Source of the DNA: Phoronis australis
Taxonomy: Eukaryota > Animalia > Phoronida
Assembly: GCA_002633005.1 (NCBI GenBank)
Contig: NMRA01000104.1
Span: forward strand, 866,841-930,840
Length of the DNA: 64,000 nt
Direction of reading: 5' to 3'
The position numbers and the translations under genes were made by a program. The stretch's first letter is position 1. Every line of letters begins with the position of its first letter. The notes below the pieces were generated by a model. That model was not told where the DNA came from. It was given only the letters and a program-made list of their open reading frames with translations, and ran no database searches. Shown in pieces: positions 11,101-22,379 of the stretch.

Positions 11101-14100
11101 GTGTAAAGGAAAACCCATCTGATAATTACTTCCGCAAATTACCCTAGAACGAGTTACTCTACCTGGATAAGGTGGATTAAATTGTCACAAGTGAGGCAAG
11201 TTGCACTATTTTAAATAGCGTCCACACATCCCTCAAACCTAACAACAATTCGTTCTAGGAGTAACTTATTCTTGGGTAAGTCTGTGTAGACGACACTTTA
11301 CTTTGTTTAGTGAGAGTGTTTGAACTACTGGTCATCAGATGTGTCTTTGCTGTATGCAATGCACACAGTGGGTGCTCATCATCGCTGCGTGTTGCTCTTG
11401 TACAACTGTCAAGCTCTGTCCCATAGTAATCTGAACAGTGTGTACACTGTTAATGCCTGTTGTAGGGCATGTACCACAACTTTGAGCTGTTCCGCATACG
11501 TGAAAAGCAGATCCCTGTGGATGTGATTGAGTGCAAGGAAACCATCTCGGCCTTTGCCTGGGAACCAATTGGGTCTCGCTTCTGTTTCATCCATGGCGAG
11601 AGTCCTCAGATTGCAGCCAGTTTCTACCAGATAAAGACAGGCAAAGTGGAGTTGTTGAGTATGTGTTTTTATCATTTCTTTATTTCTCATAAATTTTCAA
11701 TTGGCTTGCAAGAAATGTGTAGTGGCGCTGTTATTTGCTGTGCTTGACTTGCTAGATCACATGAACTTCATTGTCTACACTTACCTGTTGTTATTATGTA
11801 CCTGTAAAGAACTAACTGAACAGATTTATATTGATAAATGTGATAATAACTGGCAATTATTTACTTGACAATGGACAATGAAGCATCTTTCTCCTTTCAT
11901 AGTTTTTGAATTATTCTCTTTTTGTTGATGGTATATTTCAACTTGTTTTGTGTGATGTGTCTGTGTCATGTTTGACCTGTGTTTATTACAGAGACACTGG
12001 AGAAGCGTGTTGCCAACACCATCTTTTGGTCACCCAATGGACAGTTTGTTGTTTTGGCTGGACTGAGAAGGTAACCGGAGAATCTCGCATTGTCTAAATC
12101 AATGATTAGTCTTACATTTTTGAAACATGGTCAAGTTATGACTTCAGGGCTTGGAATTCTCTTTTAAAGTGGAACATGTAGGCTAATTCCTTGTCTGTGT
12201 GATTGCTTGGTCAAATTAGAAACACAATGTATAGCGCAGTGTGAATATGACGTAGGTTGAAAATCTTTTTAAGAGCGAGTTTTGTGTTGAAAGTGATCCG
12301 CAGTAAATGACTCGGCCCATCCAATAAGTATTGTGACCTGGTGTTGAGGAATAACACTGCATGATGCGGGCTATGTGAGCCCCCAAGGTACATCATTAGT
12401 GCAAAGTTCACCTATTTGCAGAATTGTTTGTTTTCACGTTTACAAGTTGTCAGTGAATACAACTGCACTTTGTTTAGCATAGATGATGTTCAGATAGCAT
12501 TGTCATTTAGTTCCTGCTATGCATTTGCATAGTACATTGCATGCAAGTACAACTTTAAGATTTCCTCTTTCATTTTTGGTCTCTATTCTTGCAAAAACGT
12601 TTATTTCACTTAAATTTTACAGCACAAAAAAAAATTATCACCCAAGCCTATTTATCTGTGGAACGATGCATCATTTGCAAAATTCTTCCATTTTTGTCAT
12701 TTTCATTTCACGACCTGTTACTTAAAGACTTCAAAGTAAACTTGACTGGCCAAAGATAATCTTTACACACCTCTTGTTTTCCGTTGGCAGATTTTTTATA
12801 ATGTTTTACTGTTATGTTGTTAGACACACACTTATAATTACGTAACTACTTCATTCTTGACCTCTTCATACTGAGGTGGCATCACAGTTACAGTTGTATA
12901 GGAACTGTCTTCATCATTAGTTTCTATCTGGTGTTTTCACACTCGTGTTATCATTGGCAATTCTTGTTATGTTAGTGTATTAGTGTGTAAATCAATTGTA
13001 TCCTCGTCACTTCACAGCATGAATGGTATTGCACCAGTGTGTAAACAAATTGTATTCTCATCATTTTACAGCATGAATGGTATTCTCGAGTTCATTGATA
13101 CGACCGACATGACTGTGATGTCATCTGGCGAACACTACATGGCTTCCGACATTGAGTGGGACCCGACTGGGCGCTATGTTGTCTCCTCAGTCAGTTGGTG
13201 GGCTCACAAGGTAGGTAGTGTATCTGGGCTGGGTCAGTCACTACTGGCACTGTACTGGTCTCTTCGTTATATTTGTGCTTCTGTTTGGTGTTTAAAATAA
13301 ATTGCTTTATCCGTCTTGGCTACGATTTGTTTTCTGTATTCCGTCCACTGGTCGTTTTTGCCAGCTGACTCCTGTCCGTACAACGCTGCTGTGGTGGTGC
13401 CACCCAGGGCAGACCCCTCAGGGTATTACACTGTGTTTATTTTCAAAACGGTAAACGTGGACTTTCACATGTGGATGTAAATCTAAATTAGTTTTGAGGT
13501 GCACTTGCTGTTTCTTCTGACCTAATGACCATGCATGTGTTATGTGGACGCGAGAATCTTATGAAGGCAGCTAGTGTGGTCAGGTGCTTCAGTTGTGATA
13601 CATGGCAATTAATAATGAAGTATTGTATGAGTTTTCATTTTCACAAGGTCCTTGTATCTTCCGAACACATGCCAGGTCTGGTGACATCATATCCTTCAAA
13701 CTGCTTCTGCTGAAGCGTTGTTAGATACCTAGTTTACTAAGACATGGTTCAGTCACACACTTTCATTCTGTTCCTTAACACGTTTATAAAAAGAATCCGT
13801 CTTTCATTACAGTCTTGGGAACCAATTACCTGCCTTGTTTAGTCCATTTCTAAGTTGCAGACAGGAATGGTGGGGTCTCATGAAATTATGAACGATACTT
13901 TTTGTATATATGGCATTAGGTGCATGTCGATCAATGCACTACGTCAATGCCAAAGTTATGATTGGCTAATGACGCTATGACCCAATAACTGAGAAACTTT
14001 GCCGGGCAATCGTGTCTGTTTACGATGTGGTAAAAAACGGTGTCAAATAGAAATTTTGCTATTGGAAACGGAATTTCAAGATTCAACTCTGAATAATTTT

Positions 14101-16202
14101 TTCTCACACAAAATTCAGGATTTGGCCTTAGGAGAATGTGTTAGTACCGAATATGCCCCATAGCTAAATGATTCAAGTGAAGTGTTTATGTGCTCTGGAT
14201 CGTCTGTTCTACAGTCAGGTCTACTCTTCCCTGGCGGGACGACGCAGTGTAGGATCAGAAATTATACAGGGGTGGATCCAGGATTTTGAGTAAGGGGGGG
14301 GCAGGGTACAGGAATAACCAGAATTTTGCGACATGTGCATGCCCAGCCTGAAATGTAGGCATGTGGGGGTCTCCAATTTTTGGTTTTGTGGACCTTATTA
14401 CTAAAAAGAAACGGTTAACGGGGTTTGTTCATGACATATGCTAGTCAGCAATTCGCACCCCAAACTGCCAAATGGTATCTGTTATATTCATCAAAAACTA
14501 TTGTTAGGGGAACAGAATCTTTTTGTTGGCTAAATATGCTATTGTAAAAGACAATTTTTGACTTCCTGTTGGGAACATGCTGGATTATGCCATTTCTGTG
14601 TTTACTGTCAATAAGGATAAAAAGAGGATTTTCCATGTACTTTAATGACTGTCGTCCACCCAAAACTTGTTTGTTGTGTGAAAATCGTACTGCATCATTT
14701 TTGGGTTTCTTTAGTGCATTTTCTTTTCGGGAAGTTGAGGTACTCTAAATACTGTACGACAGACTTTCAAAGATCGGAACCAACTAATCTTTATATTTTG
14801 GCCTAAGTTTGGTAGTCAAAAGTATTGTTTGTCTCCCTTGTATTGCTGCTAAAGCCAATATCATTCACTGACTTCTATGCATCTTATGCTGACGTAGTTG
14901 TTCCCTGAACTAGTGGTGATCTTTGTGTGCACAGTGAGTCTGTGACTTGTGTGTTTATCACTCTTCTAACCGTGTTCTGTCATCTCCAGGTTGACAATGC
15001 CTACTGGATGTGGAGCTTCCAAGGACGTTTGTTGGCTAAACAACCAATGGATCGCTTCTGTCAGCTGCAGTGGCGTCCACGGCCTCCGTCATTGTTGTCT
15101 CCTGAACAGATCAAGGTTTGTATAATGTACGGTTTCAATGTCGTTCGGGTGAAGTGTCCATTATGTCTTTAGGCCCCTTATCACCCGAACGTCTCCATGC
15201 TAATGAACTGCCTCCTGCCATACTATTCACACGTTTCAAAGAGGGACCTGTATTTATTAGAACCACCTAGTGAATAGGAGTCGGCCATTAATGAAGACTT
15301 GTCTCGGCTGAAGGTTAGGACTACTCGTTTCTGGAACAACTGGATCGAATGCGTTTTAGTGTTGGTTGTCAAGTTGTTTGAACTGTTGCACATTGTACTG
15401 TGGTGTTTATTTGGTCAACAGGAGATCAAGAAGAATATGAAGAAGTACAGCTCCCAGTTTGAAGTGAAGGATCGCATGACACAGTCCAAGGCTTCTAAGG
15501 TGAGTGGTCAGCTGGTTGATTCTCCATGCTGCAGTGCCATCCGGTGGTAATTTTTTAATTTTCCTTGCTGTAATCCACCAGGATTGTATTTACCAATTTT
15601 TCACATGACTCTATTTTTAGTTCACTAGTTTCACTCACTCTTTATGTCTTTTCCACTTGTGATGCACAAAGTGGGCTCTTGTTGCAGTCAGTAGATTCAT
15701 GAGTGAACACTGTGATATAGTTAATTCCATGTAAATATTCGTTTTATTACTCATGCCCGCTGCTGATTTCATCCGTTTCAGGAACTTGTTGAGAAGAGAC
15801 AACGTCTTGTGGAGGAATTTAACAAGTACCGCATCAAGGTGCAGGAGTTCTACAGTATACAGAAACCGCAGAGGCTGGAGCTGAGGAGAGGTGAGGCACT
15901 ATAACTGCTTGGGATTTACCTGGCTAAGTGTATGGTATATCAAATGGTGATAAGTATTTGTGAATTCCGTAATAAATGACCTCAGAAAGTCACTTCATGT
16001 TTGGAGTTTGCCTTCACAGATGGAAAGTTAATATTATCAAATAATAAATAACTACTTTGTTGTTTTCTGTCTACGAATGATTGACACTTGCTTTCCTATT
16101 TCAGGCATTGACACTGATGAGGTTGAGAGTTACACGGAGAACTTTGAGGAGGAAACAATTGAATTCTTGGTTAAGGTTGAGGAAACTGTAATTGAGGAGT
16201 AG
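2061..16202 (+). CDS. eif3b: Eukaryotic translation initiation factor 3 subunit B, whole gene, 17 coding exons, 699 aa
   Basis: Exons joined by hand give an uninterrupted 2100-nt ORF with all GT-AG introns and matching phases. It has the acidic N-terminus (EEPDFSDP), an RRM ([11 protein letters not shown]...KTKGYIFLEY), the eIF2A/WD40 propeller ([33 protein letters not shown]) and WRPRPPSLL. Confidence 0.97.
3790..3982 (+). CDS. eif3b: eIF3b exon 2 (RRM)
   Basis: ttccag| [30 protein letters not shown]...GKTKG |gtaaag. Confidence 0.95.
4177..4296 (+). CDS. eif3b: eIF3b exon 3 (RRM)
   Basis: tttcag| [40 protein letters not shown] |gtaagt. Confidence 0.95.
5089..5146 (+). CDS. eif3b: eIF3b exon 4
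   Basis: ttgcag| [19 protein letters not shown] |gtgagt. Confidence 0.93.
5824..5952 (+). CDS. eif3b: eIF3b exon 5
   Basis: attcag| [26 protein letters not shown]...EERA |gtaagt. Confidence 0.93.
6597..6754 (+). CDS. eif3b: eIF3b exon 6
   Basis: ttacag| [29 protein letters not shown]...IDFSPCER |gtaaac. Confidence 0.96.
7428..7559 (+). CDS. eif3b: eIF3b exon 7
   Basis: ttatag| [44 protein letters not shown] |gtaagt. Confidence 0.95.
8023..8089 (+). CDS. eif3b: eIF3b exon 8
   Basis: tttcag| [22 protein letters not shown] |gtaagt. Confidence 0.95.
8684..8730 (+). CDS. eif3b: eIF3b exon 9
   Basis: tttcag| [16 protein letters not shown] |gtaagt. Confidence 0.92.
8984..9112 (+). ncRNA. Candidate box H/ACA snoRNA/scaRNA in eIF3b intron 9
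   Basis: Hairpin (CAGAGTCT/GGATTTCTG), H box ATAAAA 9051-9056, second hairpin (GCCTGGA/TTTGGGT, CGGTTT/AAATCG, TCGT/ACGA), then ACA 9107-9109 + TTT; 129 nt. Confidence 0.5.
9471..9708 (+). CDS. eif3b: eIF3b exon 10
   Basis: ctgcag| [17 protein letters not shown]...[26 protein letters not shown]...VKYA |gtgagt. Confidence 0.96.
9745..10130. repeat. G/T-rich degenerate minisatellite (~43-45 bp unit) in eIF3b intron 10
   Basis: Repeats of GGGATGGAGGAACTAGTGGGGGGTGTGATGTGGATGTTGCTAT near 9781, 9824 and 9869, decaying outward. Confidence 0.85.
10947..11300. mobile_element. PIF/Harbinger-like MITE in eIF3b intron 10
   Basis: Imperfect ~26-bp TIRs TAAGTACCGTCCACACTCAGACTTACC / GGTAAGTCTGTGTAGACGACACTTTA with TAA/TTA ends; internal GCGTCCACAC repeats. 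Confidence 0.6.
11466..11658 (+). CDS. eif3b: eIF3b exon 11
   Basis: ttgtag| [19 protein letters not shown]...[11 protein letters not shown]...GKVELL |gtatgt. Confidence 0.96.
11992..12070 (+). CDS. eif3b: eIF3b exon 12
   Basis: ttacag| [27 protein letters not shown] |gtaacc. Confidence 0.95.
13072..13210 (+). CDS. eif3b: eIF3b exon 13 (alternative in-frame start at 13018)
   Basis: ttacag| [46 protein letters not shown] |gtaggt. Confidence 0.93.
14990..15115 (+). CDS. eif3b: eIF3b exon 14
   Basis: ctccag| [15 protein letters not shown]...[18 protein letters not shown] |gtttgt. Confidence 0.95.
15422..15499 (+). CDS. eif3b: eIF3b exon 15
   Basis: caacag| [26 protein letters not shown] |gtgagt. 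Confidence 0.95.
15782..15890 (+). CDS. eif3b: eIF3b exon 16
   Basis: tttcag| [17 protein letters not shown]...RLELRRG |gtgagg. Confidence 0.94.
16105..16202 (+). CDS. eif3b: eIF3b exon 17 (last coding exon)
   Basis: tttcag| [34 protein letters not shown]; matches the conserved DTDE...EEETIEF C-terminus. Confidence 0.94.
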
Positions 16203-16576
16203 TCACTAGAGGTCAGCACCTATCAGAGCCACTTTGAGGGGAGAGTGTGAGGCTTAGAGAGACTTCAGTGTAGAGGGTGCTCGGCACTGGATCTCTAGTG
16301 GCTTGCGCATATTATCATATAGTTTCTACAATAAGTTGGTCACCCAGTTTGTTTAATCTCATCTACTGGTTGTGTTGTCAGTTAAAATGTCTAGTGTATT
16401 CCTACGGTTATTTTATGACAATGATGGTGATATTTTCAAAATTACTGCTCTTTTTAATCAATTAAATCTAGCTTCTTTGTTTGGTCACTTTTGTGGTCAG
16501 TTTCCAGTTCCCTTTAGGTTACGTTGGCCTTGCGTAGCGATTGATCCTGGTTGATGTGGGCAATGATTTGAAAAAC

Positions 16577-16582
16577 AATAAA
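16577..16582 (+). terminator. Probable eIF3b polyadenylation signal
   Basis: First AATAAA seen after the stop, ~375 nt downstream, followed by T/GT-rich sequence. Confidence 0.65.
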
Positions 16583-17636
16583 ATATGCTCTGGTACTTGG
16601 TCTTATTGTCAAAAAACTATACAGGGATACTGGTCTTACTTTGATTGTTCATAACAAGAGGGTGGTTGAGATCACCAATATCAGCATCATACCTTGAATA
16701 CAGTGCGCCCATTTTTTAATTGTCTCACCAAATGACTTGGGCTCTACCGTATGTTGTCATACTCATGTCTGATGCATAAGCCTGCGCCATTCTGGGCGAG
16801 GTTGCCCTCAGGAAACAAAAAGTGACTCATTGTCTGCCCAATTGTTACTATTGCCTATTGCATCCTCCCCTTAGGTGCTTTTTTATAATACTCGTCTCTG
16901 GGAATCAACTACTCGAGACCATTGTGGCTCACGGGTAGTGTATAACAACACAATGGCAGAGACCCGACTAACAGTTGTGACGTCACGTTACTTTATGAGT
17001 TTATGCCTTTATTTCTTGATTACAAGTACACAAATTGAGGAACAAATGCTTAAAATATACTAGAATTCTTGGTAACCGAAATTGAGCATTTATGACCATG
17101 TTGTTAGACGTTTTAAGTACAAGTGGTTAGGTGACGTTAATTCACAAGTGTCTTTTAGTCTGTGTGCAGTGCGCTAGTGTTTTGTGGTATTTTGGTGGTG
17201 TGGGTCAGGATGGGGCTCTGTGTTGGCTATTCTTGTTTATTCAATTATTGCAGACAATCCGTCTAGTGCCTATGGTTGTGTAGTCTACCGTCGTACTGTG
17301 ACCTGTCCTCTTAATTTGAAATCAAGCATCTCGCTGTCCACTGGAGTCCTATATAATATATGAGAATAAGTTGTTCTCATGCTTTTCTTAGACTAAATTA
17401 CAGTTGACATGTTTGTTAAAACTAATGACGTTGTTCACGTGGCAACCAGGGCTAGCGTCTCCTCAAGTTACAGCATTTTACTTGTCTTTTTCTATGCAGT
17501 TGAGCCATTGAGAAAAGAACATCTGCATCTGTTGTGACGATGCATTACACTCAGTGGCTGAGTTTGTTGTCGTTACTAACAAATCGCACCAAATAAACGG
17601 GAAGCACGGATATTACAGGTGAATATTACAGCGTTT

Positions 17637-17910
17637 CACTCAAAGAGAGAGTTACAACTTAAAAAGACGCTTCTTAACTCAGCACTTGAATGGCGACTTA
17701 GACCTTAAAGGGACGCTTCGTAACACACCTGTTCAAGGGAGACCTTAACTCGCCACTTAAAGGGAAACTTCTTTAACTTAACTCTTAAAGAGAGACTTAT
17801 TTTAAACTCGTCACTAGTTAGGGATAAACTTTCTGACTCACCACGAAAGGGGAACTTCTTAACTAGTTACCGCATGAAGGGAAACTTTGTAACTCACACT
17901 TATAACTCAA
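17637..17910. repeat. Degenerate minisatellite, ~27-29 bp unit
   Basis: About 9-10 diverged units resembling CTTAAAGGGAGACTTCTTAACTCACCA. Confidence 0.7.
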
Positions 17911-20900
17911 ATCGGAAGTCATGCACCACTTAAAACGCAACCATAACGGAAAATTATAACCAACCTCAAATACATCGTTCAAGGCGGTGTCCATCGTTCA
18001 TGGCAAGAAAAAAAATTGAAAACCGTTTTGCTCCAACTGCGTAATCGGCGAATTTGACGATCTGAATGATTTGGCCTAAGTACGGATTAAAACGTAAACT
18101 GAAGTTATCTTGTTCTCCAATTTAATCAGCCATTAAAAGGATATTTTGTTGCTGGTTATTTATTAATGCCGAATTCGTAACCGACGGCTTTTAGGGATAA
18201 AAACATTACCATCACATCCCGGAGCTTGGATTGTTGCCGGTTGGCTCACCGCAATAAACTCAGTGCTCATTTTGATGTTCTTGTTTGATGACAGATCGGA
18301 AATGGAATCTTATAACGTGATATTATGGGACCAATTTTATGGTAAAAAGGTCTTAATTCGATTTTCGTTTTTAATCAACTAAACGGCGAAATGTAACTTT
18401 AAAGGAGAAATCGTGCTATTTTTTGTGGAATGAAATATACTTATGGTTGAAGTTATTCAGTAGTTTAAACTAGACCTATGCAACAACAAAATCCGTTGTT
18501 TTGATGATTTTTTTTATTAAAATCGCAGTTTCTCACCGTTCTACCAGACATTCGCTGAAATCGGGCTTGTGACTTTATTAGTTAAATACGCTTACAATTC
18601 AGTTGGAGCGGGATTAGTTTGGCACTTACATCGTAGACCGTTATAGCAAAATTTACATTTTCGATTGTGCTTTGAAATGACCTCAGAAGGTCACTTTTCT
18701 CGATGGTCCCTTAGAAAAAGAGATGGCGTCTTAAAATGTTTCCAATGTTCCCCCAAATGTATGAATCATGAACCTGTGATTCATACCTAGGGTTGAAACA
18801 CAAAGTCCAAGAATGATTATCTTTCCAAAGGAAAACAGGAACAGAAACTGTGGGTTTTATCAGTTTGACGTATGATGATAAGTTAAATTTAGTTTTGACG
18901 AGCGGTGCGCGTTTCTCGAACGATACTCATCTGGGCATTATTCGTTTGGAAACGAGGCCACACTCGAGACTAGAGTCTTTAATCGGCGCAAAAGAGAAAT
19001 CGTGACACAATTTGATTCACTTAGCCTGTTGGGCCTTGATACGTGATGGAAGGCACATTGACGAACTAAGTACGTCACAGTCGACCTCTCATTTTAATTT
19101 GTCTTACTGCCTTACATTTTTTTTGCATCGAATGGACCGTCGGACGCGACGACGAGCGAGAACAGACGAACCGTGTGCCGTACTGCCTAAACAGGCGTTG
19201 TGACATGTGCCTGTAACGATAGTATTTCACACACATTAAGACCATGATCAATAGAATAATTCGAAGAAGCAACCAACATTCCATTTAACACATTCACGCT
19301 CGGACGGACACCGATAAATGTCAATATTCGGACAATAAGAGACTGGCCCCTCCTCCCCAGCCTATAGCCAAGGCTGCATCAATAGCATACTTTTAAAAAT
19401 CCCAGCTTGCATCTCGTGAATGCCCGAAACAACTGTTGTGAGAATATCTTCAACAGATAAAGGACGGTATAATTAATTGCCTATTGTATTTAAATAAAAA
19501 GTTGACAGCATTAGCAACCAGTACTCAGTCCTACCGAAGTGCAAATTTTAAGTTTCTGTTTTTAAATATAAAATTTAAAAAACTGAGACAGTAAGTGTAC
19601 AACAAAAAGGTAAAACAGTTGACAGAAGACAAAGCCCGATGCCAGTTTACCACTCACTGGCCTGAAAGTGAACGTTATTCGCATGAGATGTTACACGATC
19701 GCGAATTCCGCACGACAATACCTGTTGACAAGTAAGGTGTAGCAATTGATTGTCGGTGCAGTTATACCCGGCCAGGCGCTTTGCTAGCTGTTGCATGAAT
19801 TGTATAGTTGACTGGGGCAAAAAGTGACTGTGGAACACAGTGACGCTGATCTTGTTACACAAGGTTTCAAACGCTCGACAGCGGTGTAGATACACATGCG
19901 TACTCTTGACTAAACATTTCAAACACGCTTAATTGCCGTGAAGCACATTCACACAGGGAACGAGACTGGAAAACATGACGTTTTTCTAGCGAATTGTTTT
20001 AATACAAAACTATAATGTTTGATTTTTCCGAATGAATTTGAAGCAGTCAGATTTCGGAATACTATAAATTCAGGCGAACAATTAACGTCACTATATTTTC
20101 AACTCATTGTAGGATTCGCACTCATTTTTAACTTCAGTAGGCAACTGAGATTTCAGCTATATTTAAACATGAAACTAACCGGTCCGGGCGAGTCGTCAAG
20201 AAGAAAACCACAATATCCTTTGTGTATAGACAGTATAGGGGTAAAAGGTTCAAACATGCACTGTTTATCTTTTACTGCCTGTGAAATCCCCATTCAAAGA
20301 AAAAATCAAATGACTGGTTGCTCGATATGCTCTAATATTTCAAAGCATTCAGCCGTACCCAAGTTTGTATTGATGTAGATGGTTCAGAAATACACGCTTC
20401 TTTGGTTTGGTAAAATATTGGATCACTCGTGACTGCAACTGTACGAAGACAAATGTGTTAACTGGGACTCCCAGGTGTTAATGACCAACAAGTAACCACC
20501 AAATTGGGGGACACTTGTATTTCGTGACTGTTCTCCATTTTTTTCAAAATAAACCCTGTAGTTGTTTTGCCATGTCAATGAGTATATTTGCGAGACAGTG
20601 GTCTATAGGCGAGGGCGCGCGTTATGAAGGGCCAGGGTTCCACTACAACTGTTAAGGCTTACAGAATAGCTGTTCCGGGTTGTTTGCAGAACCTGATGGT
20701 CTAACCGCATTCGCCCTGCGGAGTTTTCATTTTCTCGTTCATATTACAAATATATTTTCTCAACACTACTTTGCGAACAATACCATTACCCAGACATCTT
20801 CAGGGACAAACGTGCTACAGTGTTTACATACCCTCTTCCAGTCATTGTTTTATTTTTTGCGCCAACTGGAATGTTGTCCGTCCAATCGCACGCCTCGTGT

Positions 20901-22379
20901 GACAAAGCCAAACCCGGGGCACTAATTACTGTTTGCTTCAAAAATGAACAAACGATTGAAAATGAAAGGCATTTCTTATTTTACCGTCCAGCAGAACGTG
21001 TTCTCGGGGTCTTCAAGTGCATGTAAACAAAATAATGTGGATTTTGTTAATATGACACAGATATTGTACTCAGCTTGTTTGTTTAGTCTGCAAGGTGACT
21101 GGTTGTCGCTGCGGTGTGAGACTGTTTCCGATAAAAATTGCTTCAACACAAAACACTCGTACATCGAACTTATATTAGCCTTGTTTCAGTAGGAATGTAC
21201 CCCAATCTGCCGGGTGCCCCTGTTCTGTCATTCTGATACAAGAACACATGCAGAGTTCCAAAATGCAGTATATGTGTTAACGCATACGCAATTGCTGTAA
21301 CTCGGTAAGTTTATAATCCTTGCATTCAGTTTTGAACCCATATTTCTTCTGAATGAATAAACATATAAACGGAGGTGGTGTTTTCATTGCCTACACGGTA
21401 ACACATGTTGCCTCACTTTGTGTGACCAATCAATCATTCATGCTCGACTCTTCATGTCGTAAGAATGGTCTACCAAAATATACCCATTACGTCATTTCCT
21501 GGGTCAGATTGAGCGCACAATGACATATTTTTAACTGTTCGCAGTGGCAGTTGAAGAACCGACTTATAACATCAAACGGGAGAATTTCGAATGCATTCGG
21601 TAACTGTGATAACTTGCTTCCGTAAGATTTCTCTCAAGCTAAGACTTGGGCTGCTCTTTTCTGTGCCGTTAATTTGGATTACAAAAAACAACAATAACGA
21701 AGAATGGAAAATATTGAACTGTAAATACGACTTCACGTATAATGTCCAACATGTTTGATACATGTTAATAGTTGAAATCAGTAGAGAAAGGTTTAAAAAT
21801 AAGCTCTTCGAAAAATTGGACAAGAAAGCATATGAAAAGGTGCCTTTGGAAGAACGTCCTTTGTCATAACGAAGCATAACTGAAGTGGCATGTATTTCTA
21901 ATATGACGACCTCTGCACCCCCATTTTAGTTGCTATCCAATCACACCAGGCTGATGAGTGATAAATGGTTATCAAGCATAAGCGGATCGGGGGGGGGGGG
22001 GTCAAGGGTGTCCGGACCTTCTTTTTCCCTTGATTTTAGTGATATCAAATCTAGAATTTTTAGATTGTTGACTTGGACCGGCCCACTTTTATAAAAAATC
22101 CTTGATCCGGCCCCGCCCCCGCCTTTAAAAAACCCTGGATCCTATGCTTTCAGGCTGATCATTATTCATAGTATCATTCATGAGAAACCTCTTTTGATCA
22201 CTTATCTTTCCTAAGAGATAAGAAATCGTAATTTTTACGACTGATGGTAAATATTGAATGCTAAATGAAATTGTTTATCAATTATTCATATCTTATGCCA
22301 ATCATATGAATTTATAGAATGGATAATATGAATTTACATAAAGATATGTATGGTAATTCACAATCTTTAACAATTGCGA

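Noticed and set aside
13586-13717. GCTTCAG/CTGAAGC-bounded segment in intron 13 as a C/D snoRNA
   Set aside because: Box C is poor (GTGATAC) and wrongly spaced; no target was recognised.
17637-17910. Repeat array as CRISPR-like
   Set aside because: Units are contiguous and degenerate without unique spacers; the context is eukaryotic and has no cas genes.
20595-20650. tRNA-like A/B box pattern
   Set aside because: No cloverleaf can be drawn; at most a decayed SINE head.
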